DNA of 63,504 bases, filler included, from Octopus bimaculoides (GCF_001194135.2; 4 parts of 4 records of this genome joined end to end with filler, not necessarily neighbours in it); one strand, 5' to 3'. Counted from the first letter of the whole stretch, positions 36,330-51,200 are shown. Notes: generated from the letters alone by a model not told the origin. Translations and numbers: made by a program.

Positions 36330-37660
36330 GCCGGTTGATTTTTGTTCCTGCCACCATCTCGAAAACCTCAATAGCCTTACCCACTTCACGTAGGCGTGCT
36401 ACTGTGGTAACGCTGATAGTGATATCGTCCGCGTAAGCCGAAACAAACTCATCTAAACCTGGTTCTCTCGGGATGTCACTCAACTTTCGCAGTAGGGGCT
36501 CAAGAGCCACCACATACAAAAATGATGAGAGCGGGCATCCTTGACGAACCGAGCGTCTGATGCAGAACGGCTTCGAAAAGAAACCGTTCATCCGAACTAT
36601 CGAGTCAATGTTGTGATACAGAGCGATGAATCACCTGGGGAAGCCATGGTCCAGGTCAAACTGCGCAAGCACAGTCGCCAGGTATCGATGGTCGATCTTA
36701 TCAAAAGTTTTAGATTGGTCTAAATGCACCGATGCCCCACCCTTGCCAGAGTTATCACCAACCCTCTCTATGGTATAGCGAATAAGATGGAGATTATCCT
36801 GAATGGTTCTGCCTGGGATGGCACATGTCTGTGCCTCCCCGACTATACCATTTGTGATACGCACCAACCTTTTGGCTAAAACCTTGGCCAAAATCTTCAC
36901 TTCTGCGTTTAACAGAGTGATGGGCCTGAAATTATCTAAAATATCTCCTTTGTCCGGGTCCTTTCTGAACAACGTCACCACTCCCCGGCGCACAAATCAG
37001 GGGATAAACCCATTATGTTGCCAGTTTGCGTACACGCTAGCCACTAGGTGACCGAACAAGTCTGGCATACATTTATATAGCTCGTAAGGAAGACCATCAA
37101 GTCCCGGCGACTTGCCAGCTTTACAGTCAGCCATAGCCTCCGTCACTTCCCTAGGCTTGATCGGGTCCTCGCAAGCCTCCTTATCCGACCCCGAGAAGCG
37201 TGGTAGCCCGGCAAGAAAGTCCTCGAGGACTTCCCTACCATGAAGACCACCATCACTCCCGAAAAGCTGGGCGAAGTACTCCCGAAATGCTTCACACATT
37301 TTCTCGCGTTCGTTTACCAAGACAACATTTTGGTTCGTCATAGACCAAATAGTAGAACTATTTCCTTGTCAAGCTTCCACCACTCGGGCCCATCCAGCGC
37401 AGCTTTGAATCCTTCACTTCCCATTGCACGTAACTTAGCTCTGGTAATACTTCCCATGTGTTGGGTTTCAAGATACTTGTTCAACTCCAGTCTCTTTACT
37501 TTCACTTGGTCCGCATTACCAGACCTCAAGGCTTCTTCTAATTCCTTAACTACATCACCTCTTATTTTACGTCCCTTCTTAGCTAAACTTATACTAAACC
37601 TAATAGACTCATATTTTATGGTTCTTTGTAGGGCGTACCACCATTTATTATTAATGATAG
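36330..37660 (-). mobile_element. Decayed Tx1/L1-like LINE ORF2 (reverse transcriptase)
   Basis: Frame-shifted ORFs with GKSPGLDGLPYELY, NFRPITLLNAEVKILAKVLAKRL, LDQSKTFDKIDH, VRQGCPLS and AYADD. Confidence 0.93.
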
Positions 37661-38689
37661 ATAGTCTTTCATTAGCATGACTATATAAATAGTCAACGAT
37701 GATCTTAATGCATTTGTATATGGAGTTTGCAGTATCTTGGTTGTTCTGCATAGAGCTCTCTTCCAATACTATGTATTGTCTTGTGGCGATATTTTAACCG
37801 TAAAGAGTATGTCATCCGCGATGCTTTTTGCACCATGCCATAATAAGATTAGCTATGTCTGCAGTGACGCCAGTAATGCAACATGAACCCATGGTTATGA
37901 AATAAATTTTATCTTTTTAGTTATACAGAACAAGGGAGAGAATGTTGTGCGCTATTTGTTTTAGTTTGTTGCCCTCTGACTTCAAAAGTCTACGGGTTCG
38001 ACTTGGCTGTTCATTTTTTTGGGTTCGATAAAGTAAAATAACTTTCAAGAACTTAGATTGATGCAATTAACTGATGTCCCCTATGAGCTTTCATACTTGT
38101 GCCTTTGTTAGAAACAATTATTACTTTTCTTCGGTAGCATAGTGGTCAATATGCCCAACTGTAACGCAGGAGACCCAAGGTCTGACAGGCATATTATAAC
38201 GTCAGAAAAATGTGCTTGCGCTATGTTTTAATTCAAAGTCGTAGTTGCCAAAGTCAGCTACGCTTTTCATCCCTACGCCATCAAATAATTAAAGTACTAG
38301 TGAAAGTCTGGGTCTGATGAAGTAGACTTACTCTCTCCTCTCAACTTTGATGGACATGTGTCAAGATCAGAAACCATTATTATAATTGTTATTGTTGTTG
38401 TTGTTGTTGTTGTTGCTATTTCAAACGCAATGAATGACAGAAAAACGTCAGCCATAACACATTCCGGTATTTATTTAGTCTTTTACTGTACGAGCTGCAT
38501 TATAGAAGTTTTCAGACTCTTTTTTAGGAGAGGCGGTTATAACTATCTTAGATTATTATAGTTTTAGTATATCATTACTGTACATCGAATAAGCTGACCT
38601 GTCAACTTCTGTTGTTCCATAGTGAACGAAACAGTACTTTGAACACACCCAGCTAAACACTGCTTGTCACAACTGACTAGTCTGCAGAT

Positions 38690-39313
38690 GCAGTTGAGAT
38701 GTGAAGACAGTTGGAAGCTCACTATGCAATGAAATTCTATGTCAAACTGGGCAAAAATGCTACAGAAACTAATTAAATGCGCCAGACTCCTTAAGGACTA
38801 TCTTGTATGAGCCGAGCATCTGCTTTTCGCTGGTACAAAGGGCCAGACAAACCAGATTCAGCGGAAAGCTCATGATGTTTCCCTTCTTGTCTATATCCAC
38901 TGGGGTCCCTTTGACCACATTTACTTCAAGGAATTTTTGAGGGAGTTCGGAAGAGATTTCGTCGCAAAAGACCAGAGCACCTGTGCCAGAATAATCAACC
39001 AGTCCATAATTCCCTCCTGGAAACCAACTACTTGACAGAGATGGACATCAAACCAGTCCCTATCCTGCCTACTGTCCAGACCTTGCTCCTTGTTAATTTT
39101 GGATTTCTCCCAAGCTGAAGGAAAAGATGAAGGAGTCGGTAACAAGGTTCCTGCACACGTTCACTCTTGAAGATTGCCATGGAACCTTCATGAAGTGTTC
39201 GGAGCGCTACAATAAATGCAGAGAAACCTGCTTTGAAGGATATAAGAGTTTTGTATTTCTTTAATAAATGTCGATCCTAAAAAGGTATCAAAGTTTCTGG
39301 AATGCCCCTTGTA
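38690..39313 (+). mobile_element. Internally deleted mariner-family transposon remnant
   Basis: HYAMKFYVKLGKNATET, MSRASAFRWYK and PAYCPDLAPC..W.SPKLK (YSPDLAP-like); right end ...gaatgccccttgTA. Confidence 0.85.
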
Positions 39314-39554
39314 ATTTCATCCAAATCTAGAATGCATTTTATTAATAATTAGTACATCTGTCCATATTTGACTGGTATTTCATTTTGTCGACTTGGACAG
39401 GATGAATATAAAAGCTGACCTTATTTTATTCCATTACCTCCCGAATTCATTTTCATCAACTTTAATTTTACCTTTCCTTTTTCTGGGAGGTGCAAATATA
39501 ATTCAGTTCTAAGATTTACGTTTATTTAAGAATAATTATTGATGTCATAAAGTT

Positions 39555-39745
39555 GATGGGCAGAATCATTAGTGCATCTACAGTATTTTATTTGATTTGC
39601 ATGTTCTGAGTTCAAATCCGCCAAGGTCGACTTTTCCTTTTATTCTTCCGGGATTGGCAAAATAATGAACGAATCAACTACATATATTGATTAATCAACT
39701 GTTCCCCTACCCTAACATTTCAGGCCTCCTTGTATCTATTTTAGA
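39555..39745 (+). mobile_element. SINE family 2, diverged copy
   Basis: gttctgagttcaaatccgccaaggtcgacttttcctttt matches the 30519 body. Confidence 0.75.
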
Positions 39746-39807
39746 AACAACTATTACTGACGTCATAATCAACTTTATTTCGATATTTCTATATCACTTT
39801 TTTCCAC

Positions 39808-39851
<44 letters not shown>

Positions 39852-41275
39852 GTTGCGGATTAGTCTTTAATTATTGTATTATCTTCTGTATTAAATTATG
39901 GTTTATAATGTCCATGTTAAATGAAGGGTTATATCCTAATTTAGAAATATTCGTATAATTAAGCACAAATTACGTGTCATTTACTGCATTTATGCAGTCA
40001 AAATAAGCTATTTAACATCCTACTTTTTTCTAGCGAATTCCATCTGTCAAAAGACTAAGAAGATAACACTTTAAAGCCTTCCGGTGGTTCTTAACATTAC
40101 GGTAGAATCCTGAATTAAAACTGGTTAGACTGGCGAGGATCTGAGAGAAAATTAAACAGAGTGATTTTATTGATTTGCAAGTAACTCAGTCAATCCTCCC
40201 CGATCTTAGTGTCACCTTGGATTAAAGACATTATCTGAGAGTTATTATTCTGTTAGTGATTATAATTTCGTCAGAAGCAAAGAGATTAAAATTCTGAAGG
40301 TTAAAAATTAAGGAACCTGGCTTCGTCTTCAACTGATATTGATTTCAACGGAATCCAGCAAGATAGCCGAAATAGAAATGGTAGCTTTGTAGGTGAATCA
40401 ACAGTTGTAATACCAGAACTGAACTTTTTAATTTTATTAAAAATATAAAACTATTCCTGTTAAAATATTGCATTTGAATATACATACATTTTATGTTTCC
40501 ACGTATGCTTGTTTCATTCCTCATACGCACATGAACAGGTATGCATGCATACATGCATATAACACGAGTTGAAACGTAAGATTTTTTTCTAACCTGATGA
40601 CGGAGGCTCGATTTATCCAATGTTTTTTTGCTTCCATTACGGACTGCATATTTTGGTGAACTACATCTACCAACCTTATGAAGGTAAATGTGTTTTCTTT
40701 CAAAGACATTCCGTTGATTTCAATTCGCACACATTTATAGTTTTTAATAGTATTATTGCTACGCGATCGAAGCTGCTTAGCTCTGACGCATCGAGGATGA
40801 AACAAATTTATAATCAAAAAATGTTCCATCAGCGAAAACAACCGATTTTAAGAGCATCTAGACCTGCTATATATAACATACCCTGTTGTCTTTGAAGAGA
40901 ATAAGGTGTGTCATGAATGAGATTAACTACTATTTCTAGCAACTCAAATGACGATTGACAGGCTCGCTGAATAGTTGTCGCGCTCATTTCACATGTTTCG
41001 ACATTAGCGTTTTTCTTCTAAATATACTTTATTGGACACTCAGATAAGACAGAAATAATGGTATTATGATGGAGTCACTTAAAAATTCTTAATCTCTCCT
41101 TTTCCTTTTCTTCCTTTCTTATTTTTATCGTTATATTTCTTCTGTTTTTCTTTTGTTTCTTTCCTTTTCTCACATAACATACTAATTGAACCGATACCCA
41201 AACAACACACTATGATCATACATTCACACACTGACACGTACGCACACACACACACACACACACATGCACTCTCTG

Positions 41276-41316
<41 letters not shown>

Positions 41317-42653
41317 TCTCTCTCTCTCTCTCTCAAATTGGCTCGCTCATGCAAGAATATATCCATGCATACATGCATACACAACAGAATGACAGAACAC
41401 ATATACACATACACGCACACACATGCATACAAAGAAGCAAGCCCACAAGCATGCGCGCATACTTCCGTATACGCACTCACAGACAGCTATCAAGTTTTTA
41501 GGCGCGTGACATTTACAGACAGTCATTAATACACACACACACACTTACACTGCACAACCATGTACATACACTTTTCATTCTTACACACCTTCACTCAAGT
41601 TTAAAAAAAACAAACATGCGCATACACGAAATTCTATATCAGTCACACACATCCATATTAATACACATATACTCACACGCTCAAGAAAAAAGATGCTCAC
41701 ACAAGCAAATGCATACACACTGAGGCCTACTCACACCCACTTCCACATTCATACGTTCACATACCAACTTACATACGCATATATATCGTCATAGGTTTAT
41801 AGAACTCTGCTACATATACAGATATGCAAACACTTATTCAAAATGTACATATCTTCACTCATGCACACACAGACTCAATTACAAACATAATTTCCTCCCC
41901 CCACCTCACTTTCTCTTTGTCTTTCTGTCTTTCTCAATTCTTATTTACATTTCTCTTTTTTCTTTTTCTCCTTACTCCCATAATCACTCTCTCTCTCTCT
42001 CTCTCTCTCTCACTCCACCCTTTCTAACTGTTTTTTTTTTGTTTGTTTTTAATCTTCTATCCGTTTCTATCACGAAAATTTATGACTCCTCTCACAATTT
42101 ATAACCCTGCTTATCTCACCCGACCACACTGATTGACGAACGCAGCGCGCGCNNNNNNNNNNNNNNNNNNNNNNNNNNNNNNNNNNNNNNNNNNNNNNNN
42201 NNNNNNNNNNNNNNNNNNNNNNNNNNNNNNNNNNNNNNNNNNNNNNNNNNNNNNNNNNNNNNNNNNNNNNNNNNNNNNNNNNNNNNNNNNNNNNNNNNNN
42301 NNNNNNNNNNNNNNNNNNNNNNNNNNNNNNNNNNNNNNNNNNNNNNNNNNNNNNNNNNNNNNNNNNNNNNNNNNNNNNNNNNNNNNNNNNNNNNNNNNNN
42401 NNNNNNNNNNNNNNNNNNNNNNNNNNNNNNNNNNNNNNNNNNNNNNNNNNNNNNNNNNNNNNNNNNNNNNNNNNNNNNNNNNNNNNNNNNNNNNNNNNNN
42501 NNNNNNNNNNNNNNNNNNNNNNNNNNNNNNNNNNNNNNNNNNNNNNNNNNNNNNNNNNNNNNNNNNNNNNNNNNNNNNNNNNNNNNNNNNNNNNNNNNNN
42601 NNNNNNNNNNNNNNNNNNNNNNNNNNNNNNNNNNNNNNNNNNNNNNNNNNNNN

Positions 42654-42790
42654 ACCAAATCCACTCACAAGGCATTGGTCGGCCCGAGGCTATAGTAGAA
42701 GGCACTTGCCCAAGATGCCACGCAGTGGGACTGAACCCGGGACCATGTGGTTGGTAAGCAAGCTACTTACCACACAGCCACTCCTACGCC
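42654..42790 (-). mobile_element. SINE family 1, 5' half
   Basis: Reverse complement of the 55289 head; abuts a gap. Confidence 0.9.
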
Positions 42791-43488
42791 TATGGTACAA
42801 CTACATTAGCTATTTTTCTTCTACGTCTGCCTGTATTCTCGTCTCGGTACTATCTGAGTCTCATGTGTCTGTTATACTTTACCGATCGAGGTACCTTTTT
42901 GAAGCATGATTGCCATCAAGGTACCCGAAATTGCCACTGCACCTTCACCGAAAGAGCTATCGTCATATTCACAGTTGTCATTCCCACTCCAACTATTACG
43001 TACCACAATTTCCACTCCACTCATCCAATTATTATCACATCAAATGTGTTCTCTCACCTCGCATTCCTCAAGTTAACATCACACACACACATACACACAC
43101 ACACACACAAATGTCATACATATCCCTATCCGTCGCAGTATCAGTAAATTCTCTTCACATTTCTATAAAACCATAATAGTTCCTTTCGTAATCAACAGCC
43201 CATAATTTAAATCGTACATCAGCCCATATATATTTTTTCCACAGCTACCCCACCCACAACAGAACGATCAAGACCCACCCTCCATTTCCATTAAGGTCTT
43301 GTCACACACGAAAAACCTTAAATAGCTATCCACCTCTTGTAATCTGATAGCTCATTCTACCTGTTCTCCTAAGCCTCTGTCTTTCATAGTTTCACAGACG
43401 CACACACTCCAGTGATTATGTATACACTAATCCAATTGCCATTTGTGATTCAAACCTTCCCTATCTCCTCCCTCTCTCTCCATCCCCC

Positions 43489-43527
<39 letters not shown>

Positions 43528-43961
43528 TCACAGACCCAGCCAACAAACACAAACTCACAGACCCCTCGCAACACACACACAGACACATACACGCTCACTG
43601 CAATTTCTACATAGACACTCCAGTAATCACGCGCACACTCCAATGGCCGCCAACTCACATCTCAATACACCTGCACATGAAGCCAACAGCCATTTACAAT
43701 ACACTTCATTCATACCGTATACATACACACATAGAAGACGCCCATATACTCCAGGAGACTTATGCAGCACACTCCAGTGTCCACCCACGCAACTCAGAAA
43801 CCACCTACACTCTCCTGTTGCTACGCATACTCTACTCACACTTCAGTTGTCACCCCACACACCATCGATCATTCACACGCTTCAGTAAATCATGCACCTT
43901 CCCCACAATAGCCCACCCAGATTGTCATCCGTAATCTTTCGCTTAATCTCTAAGCCTCTAT

Positions 43962-44039
<78 letters not shown>

Positions 44040-44805
44040 NNNNNNNNNNNNNNNNNNNNNNNNNNNNNNNNNNNNNNNNNNNNNNNNNNNNNNNNNNNNN
44101 NNNNNNNNNNNNNNNNNNNNNNNNNNNNNNNNNNNNNNNNNNNNNNNNNNNNNNNNNNNNNNNNNNNNNNNNNNNNNNNNNNNNNNNNNNNNNNNNNNNN
44201 NNNNNNNNNNNNNNNNNNNNNNNNNNNNNNNNNNNNNNNNNNNNNNNNNNNNNNNNNNNNNNNNNNNNNNNNNNNNNNNNNNNNNNNNNNNNNNNNNNNN
44301 NNNNNNNNNNNNNNNNNNNNNNNNNNNNNNNNNNNNNNNNNNNNNNNNNNNNNNNNNNNNNNNNNNNNNNNNNNNNNNNNNNNNNNNNNNNNNNNNNNNN
44401 NNNNNNNNNNNNNNNNNNNNNNNNNNNNNNNNNNNNNNNNNNNNNNNNNNNNNNNNNNNNNNNNNNNNNNNNNNNNNNNNNNNNNNNNNNNNNNNNNNNN
44501 NNNNNNNNNNNNNNNNNNNNNNNNNNNNNNNNNNNNNNNNNNNNNNNNNNNNNNNNNNNNNNNNNNNNNNNNNNNNNNNNNNNNNNNNNNNNNNNNNNNN
44601 NNNNNNNNNNNNNNNNNNNNNNNNNNNNNNNNNNNNNNNNNNNNNNNNNNNNNNNNNNNNNNNNNNNNNNNNNNNNNNNNNNNNNNNNNNNNNNNNNNNN
44701 NNNNNNNNNNNNNNNNNNNNNNNNNNNNNNNNNNNNNNNNNNNNNNNNNNNNNNNNNNNNNNNNNNNNNNNNNNNNNNNNNNNNNNNNNNNNNNNNNNNN
44801 NNNNN

Positions 44806-45030
44806 TGTGTGTTTGTATGTGTGTGTTCCTTCCTCCACCCCGCTTGATAACCAGTGTTTGCGTGTTTACAGCCCCGTAACCTAGCGGTTCGGAAACGCGA
44901 CTCATAAGATAGGTACCAGGCTTAAAATAGTAAGTTCTGGGATCGATTCGTTCGACTGACAAAAAAAAAAGAAAAAAAAAATCTTAAAGGCAGTGCTCCA
45001 GCATGGCCGCAATCTGGAATAAGTAAAAGA
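44806..45030 (+). mobile_element. SINE family 1, 3' half
   Basis: (GT)n then ccccgtaacctagcggttcgg...gcagtgctccagcatggccgca, as in the 55289 tail. Confidence 0.85.
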
Positions 45031-45922
45031 TAAATGATAAAAGGACGTTGGATTGTCATAGTCGTTAGATTCCTTCTGGTTCTTTACATTGGGAGTTCAA
45101 ATCTCATCGAGTTCATTTCTGCCTTTCATCTTTACGGGGACGATGACATAAAATACCAGTCAAGTACCGGGATCGATGTTATCCATTATCTCTCTCTATT
45201 AACTGCCAATATTTATTCCTGATACTCGGCTTCATTCCAGTCCAGAACGTCAGCAATAAACTGATAATTAAAGCAGTAATTTAGCTTACGTCAATTCTGA
45301 TCAGACATTCCATCCATGATCAGCACAACTTTTTTTAATATTGTATTATGCAATGTTTTAAGGCGGTGATGATGTAATCAGTAGGATATTTGACAGTTTG
45401 AACCGTCTTCGATACAAATAAATTCATTTCATAGTGATCGTGTTGTTACTGTTCCTGTTATTTAACCTTAACTTAGCATTGACCGCCTCGTCATTTAATA
45501 TACTCAGGACCATATTGTCAAATGCGACATTCCCTATCTGAAATCACACTCTCTATATACAACAAAGAGGGAGACACTGATAAAATAGTTCAAGATACGT
45601 TATGCCAAGAAATATTTTAGGTGAATTATGGCAAGAGCGACAATTAAATAATAAAAGTCTGAATAATTGTTGTTGCTTCTGATTTTGTTGTTTTGGCCCG
45701 AGATCATCACCGATCGAGCACAGATGTGAAATGGAAATAGTCAGTGACTATACTAGGTGCCATTGACATATTCATTTAGTTATGACATTTCACTTTTATA
45801 TTAAAGTACTTTTATATTGCAATCATCCTTGCCGTGATTCACAGTACGGAGTGCTACCGACGAGTCATGCGCTTTTTCTAACACAGTCCAATCTGTTTTT
45901 TATATGTCAATAATTAGGTCGT

Positions 45923-46130
45923 GGTAAGGCGGCGAGCTCGCAGAACTGTTTCCGCACCGGACGAAATGTTTGGCAGCATAGCAGCATTTCTTCCGAGTTA
46001 ATGTTCTGAGTTCAAATACCGCCGGGGTCACTTTTGCCTTTCATCCTTTGGGGTTGATAAAATAGTACCAGTTGTACATTGGTGCAATGGTGATATTTTC
46101 TTACCCTGTGCCAGAATCTGAAACCAATAA
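45923..46130 (+). mobile_element. SINE family 2 copy
   Basis: Head aaggcggcgagctcgcagaac; body gttctgagttcaaat...tttgcctttcatcc. Confidence 0.85.
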
Positions 46131-47002
46131 TTAAGGTCGTTATGAACTAAACAGTGAATGCAGGTGTCACGACCTCGGTCGGGCGGTTATAATTGTCGCA
46201 CTCTGCATTTAGTCTCGTTCTTAGTATCCTAGTACCACCAAGTTGCTATTGTGTAGTCCAGGTCAGTCCTTCAATATGTCATTCAGATACCCGACCAAAC
46301 GACGTGGCGCTATGCAGAACTATCTTCACATTTATATCATGACTTTATTTAAGCGGGATCATACCACACACGCTGAAATGAATTATATTAGATTCAACTT
46401 TACCGTCTTGACAGTTTTTTCCACATCCTCTGTATGCCGCAATTCTGGTGATAACCAAGGCAAAGTCGGGCAAAGTAAACTCGGACAGACCGAGGCAGTT
46501 GCTATTCTTCAAAATTTATTGTTTGGAGGATTGTGCAGTGAGGGCATTGATAGTAAAGTTATTTCTGTTATGTATGTGTACCTTACACTTGTCTAGGCTA
46601 AGTAGGAGAAACAACGTTTTAAAGACGTATTTGTACTTCGTAATGATGTATGTGTGTCTGTTTATCTAAAGGTGATTTTTGTGTTGTAACAGGAACTGGA
46701 GAGGTTGAAGCTTGCTATGGCAACAAACTGCGCTCACAATAGAGCACTTTAACGTCAAAGTGGCCTTTCATATGTTGTATTATAGTTTGTGTGTATAGCT
46801 CTAGCCTGCGTAGTATGTACAGAATTTGCTATGATGCACACTTGTGCAGATCTGTCTTCTCTTTAGTTTGTTTTGGAGAGATTGGGGCCTATGCAGAGCT
46901 GGAATAGTCTAATCTATAATTTACACATCTTTATTGATACTTTATGTTGACCAAAAGTGGTACTGACAGTCGCTCTAAGCATGTTTGTACGTCAGGATTC
47001 TA

Positions 47003-47037
<35 letters not shown>

Positions 47038-47532
47038 CTGCGGTAGTTGTGCAGCGCAAAACCTGGAGAATGCAGGCAAGATATGAGTATGACATCACCT
47101 GAGTGTGTGACTTCTGTTTCTGAAGAGATGAAGGAAATCATGTAGGTACAGGTCGAAAACATTGGTTGAGAGAACGGATATTTACTGAGTACTGAATTAA
47201 GGAAAATGTATGTTCTGGAAGCATTCTACAGACACTTGGTGGTCTGACAGACAGTTTCCAAGCCAGTGTCGAGTATGTTTTAGATGAGTGTATGATAGTC
47301 AATGAAAACTGAAGCGTTTATGTATGTCGATGGTTGTTAGAACGGAGTATGTGCGATTTGTTTGTTGTTGAAGCTATCAGGTATTTTCTGTGTTAGTTTT
47401 GTGAGGCTGTGTAAGACATTCAGTAATGAGCTGAATCCACGTTGTGATCTAGAAGCGAATATATGTGAATGGATGATGTCGAGGATTAACATTTGTTTCG
47501 AATTTTTGAAGATGACTCATATGTGTGTATGA

Positions 47533-47598
47533 TGTTAGTATTCTGCACGTTGTTAGTATTCTGCACGTTGTTAGTATTCTGCACGTTGTTAGTATTCT
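47533..47598. repeat. 18-bp minisatellite x3.7
   Basis: Unit tgttagtattctgcacgt, perfect copies. Confidence 0.95.
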
Positions 47599-47959
47599 AG
47601 TTTTCATTGGAGCTTAGAATTATTATCATTTTGAGAATTTGATGATATTCGTATTAGTAGTTACTTTTATAAAATAGTCAACGCAGGGATTCTTTCCGGT
47701 CCCTGCTGTGTCAGACGTATATTTGTGATAACGTGAGATATATATTAGTGATAACAACAGGTATATACTTGTAATATGACCTGTTTTTTTTACATGTTAG
47801 ATTTCCATATCATTATGTGGGTGTCTGGCGGAAGGTGAATAATTTTTGTTTAATGTTTCAGTCTACTTTGTATGTTTTTTTTTTGGTGGTTTATATTCTA
47901 AAATGCTTGGAAAGAGTGTTTCCATGGTGTTGTATTATAGGTATACTACTTGAGATAGT

Positions 47960-48233
47960 GGAGGCGCAATGGCCCAGTGGTTAGGGCAGTGGACTCGCGG
48001 TCATAGGATCGCGGTTTCGATTCCCAGACCAGGCATTGTGAGTGTTTATTGAGCGAAAACACCTAAAGTTCCACGAGGCTCCGGCAGGGGATGGTGGCGA
48101 ACCCTGCTATACTCTTTCACCACAACTTTCTCTCTCACTCTTACTTCCTGTTTCTGTTGTGCCTGTAATTCAAAGGACCAGCCTTGTCACACTATCACGC
48201 TGAATATCCCCGAGAACTACGTTAATGGTACAC
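47960..48233 (+). mobile_element. SINE family 3 copy (cut by gap)
   Basis: Highly similar to 33250-33530. Confidence 0.92.
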
Positions 48234-48825
48234 NNNNNNNNNNNNNNNNNNNNNNNNNNNNNNNNNNNNNNNNNNNNNNNNNNNNNNNNNNNNNNNNNNN
48301 NNNNNNNNNNNNNNNNNNNNNNNNNNNNNNNNNNNNNNNNNNNNNNNNNNNNNNNNNNNNNNNNNNNNNNNNNNNNNNNNNNNNNNNNNNNNNNNNNNNN
48401 NNNNNNNNNNNNNNNNNNNNNNNNNNNNNNNNNNNNNNNNNNNNNNNNNNNNNNNNNNNNNNNNNNNNNNNNNNNNNNNNNNNNNNNNNNNNNNNNNNNN
48501 NNNNNNNNNNNNNNNNNNNNNNNNNNNNNNNNNNNNNNNNNNNNNNNNNNNNNNNNNNNNNNNNNNNNNNNNNNNNNNNNNNNNNNNNNNNNNNNNNNNN
48601 NNNNNNNNNNNNNNNNNNNNNNNNNNNNNNNNNNNNNNNNNNNNNNNNNNNNNNNNNNNNNNNNNNNNNNNNNNNNNNNNNNNNNNNNNNNNNNNNNNNN
48701 NNNNNNNNNNNNNNNNNNNNNNNNNNNNNNNNNNNNNNNNNNNNNNNNNNNNNNNNNNNNNNNNNNNNNNNNNNNNNNNNNNNNNNNNNNNNNNNNNNNN
48801 NNNNNNNNNNNNNNNNNATATATAT

Positions 48826-48983
48826 ATACGACGAGCTCCTTTCAGTTTCCGTCTACCAAATCCACTCACAAGGCTTTGGTCAGCCCGAGGCTATAGCAGA
48901 AGACATTTGCCCAAGGTGCCATGCAGTGGGGCGGAACCGGGAACCATGTGGTTAGTAAGCAAGCTACTTACCACACAGGCACT
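48826..48983 (-). mobile_element. SINE family 1, 5' half
   Basis: Reverse complement of the 55289 head; preceded by (TA)n and a gap. Confidence 0.9.
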
Positions 48984-49783
48984 CATTTATTAATAATGTA
49001 ATTGTAAGCATCATTACTATGTTTGAGATGTCTTGGTAATCTAATAAATATTTGGACTCTTTAGCTGTACAAATTTAGAGATCTGAGACTTTGCAAGCAT
49101 CATTAACAAGTGTAAGAGTTGTTTATGTAATCTAATTTTCTATAATCAAACAAGGATTTTGAAACATCGAATGAATTAGCTGCCGGATTAAAAGACGAAA
49201 TTCTCTATCCTGTCAATAGTTTATTGTCGGTAGCCCGGACTGTAACTTTCAAATAATAACGTGGGTGGTGATAATATATTATAATGTAGTAAGGCAAGAA
49301 ATTTTAGATAACTTATAATTATAACCAAAGTACGAGGAACTATTCATTATCTTAATGATTGATTTTAATAAAAACAAATGACTGTGGAGACAAACTTTGA
49401 ATTTAGATTAATTTACGTCAATTAAAAACTGAATGCTGTAGAGATTACATTTGACCACTTGTGGTATGATAACATTTTCCAATTGACGACAAGACCAGTT
49501 CACTTATTTATATGTAGCACAACTAACTGCCCTAAGTAGCATCATCCGTGGCACCACCGTAAAATTGATACATGGTTCGTTAGTACGCAGGGCTAGATTC
49601 AAGTTCTATGGCTCTTTGTCGTTTAATAAAGAACACGTTTTCAGAAGCTGACTTATCTTTACTGGTTTTAATCCAAAATATAGCGTTTACAGTAAGAAAG
49701 ACGATGAAACTGTATCTCAAACAGTAATAAACACTGATCTCAATTGTAAGTCAATATATTACATACACACATGCACAAACATA

Positions 49784-51073
49784 GAGTGGGGCGAAATAAA
49801 TATTCGTACATGTCAAAATGAAGTAGTGTCGTAATAATGGCGAAAAGTAAAGAACTCCACAAATGCAGTGAAAAACTTAATTATTGAACAGTGGAAAGCA
49901 GGTAAAAGTTACAGGAAAATATCAGAGACCCTTTGTATTCCATTTTCTACCATATCTTCATTTATTCACAGATATAACAAATCTGGAACTGCTGAAAACA
50001 GAATAAGATCCGGTGCACCACGCAAGATTTCCCCTAGATCTTTAGTAAAATGAAGCGAAGAATCGAAAAATACGCAATGATCATCCGCAAGGAGTTGCAA
50101 GAAGATTTGTTAGCTTCAGGGACTAGTGTTATACTACAAACAATCAGCAATGAACTTCATAGGAATGAACTGAAGTCACGCTCTCCTAGAAAAACTCCGC
50201 TGTTGACTAAAAGGCATAGAGATGCCCGTTTAAAATTTGTTCATGAACATAAAGATAAATCTGATACATTCTGGGAAAATGTCCTTTGGACAGACGAGTC
50301 AAAAATTAAATTGTTTGGATGAAATTCACGTAGCCATGTTTGGAGGAAAGATGATACCCCCTTTTTGCCGAAAAACACAATTCCTGTCGTAATGTTTGGA
50401 GGTGGCAACATCATGGTGTGGGATGTTTCTCTGCAAATGGCACAGGCAATTTACATGTGATAGATGGTAGAATGAATGCAGAGATGTACCAAAATATTTT
50501 GAACAATAATTCATGGGACTCTGTAGAAAAGCTCTAGCTTTGTGAAGGGTGGGTTTTACAATAGGATAACGACCGTAAGCACACGGCGAAGTCTATCAAA
50601 AATTGGATGGTCGATCACAATAGAAAATTATTAGAATGGCCAAGCCAATTGAAAATTTGTGGTGTTATTTGAAAATTAAAATTCATTCAAGTGCCCCAAA
50701 GTGCATTCCAAATTTGAAGAAAATTTGTCAAAAAGAATGGGAAAAATTCCTAAAGAAACATGCGAGTCATTGATTAAGAACTACAAGAGGAGATTGGTTG
50801 AAGTGGAACTGAATAATGGTTATGTTACGAAGTATTAAATCAGAATTATCGGTTATTTTTGTTCTGTACGAATACTTTTTCCACCCCTAAATATTTATAA
50901 TTGTATATAAATTGATTAGTTACGATAATTTATTAGTTTCTTTTGCATATTCTTAGTTTATACATGTGTATGCAAATATAGTATTGGTATATCCCATTTA
51001 TGTTCATTAGGAATTAAATAAATAAAGAATTTTGACATGCACCAATATTTATTTCCCCCCACCCCACCCACTG
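49784..51073 (+). mobile_element. Tc1-family DNA transposon with defective transposase
   Basis: TA at both ends; TIRs gagtggggcgaaataaatattcgtacatgtcaaaat / attttgacatgcaccaatatttatttcccc...cactg. ATG at 49838; HTH (GKSYRKISETLCIP, RSGAPRK), VLWTDESK, IMVW, DNDRKH and WPSQ; frameshifted. Confidence 0.95.
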
Positions 51074-51200
51074 TATATACATGGTGACCGTCAACTTGTA
51101 AGCGTGTATGGCCATCACTGACATATCTTATTTCAGATGTTAAAGATAATGGCTGTTAGTAATACTGAAATTTAAAGTCAATATCAGCTGGCACAACGGT

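Noticed and set aside
46243-46669. Open frames with occasional Cys and splice-like sites on both strands
   Set aside because: No recognisable domain or phase-compatible partner; likely an old TE fragment.
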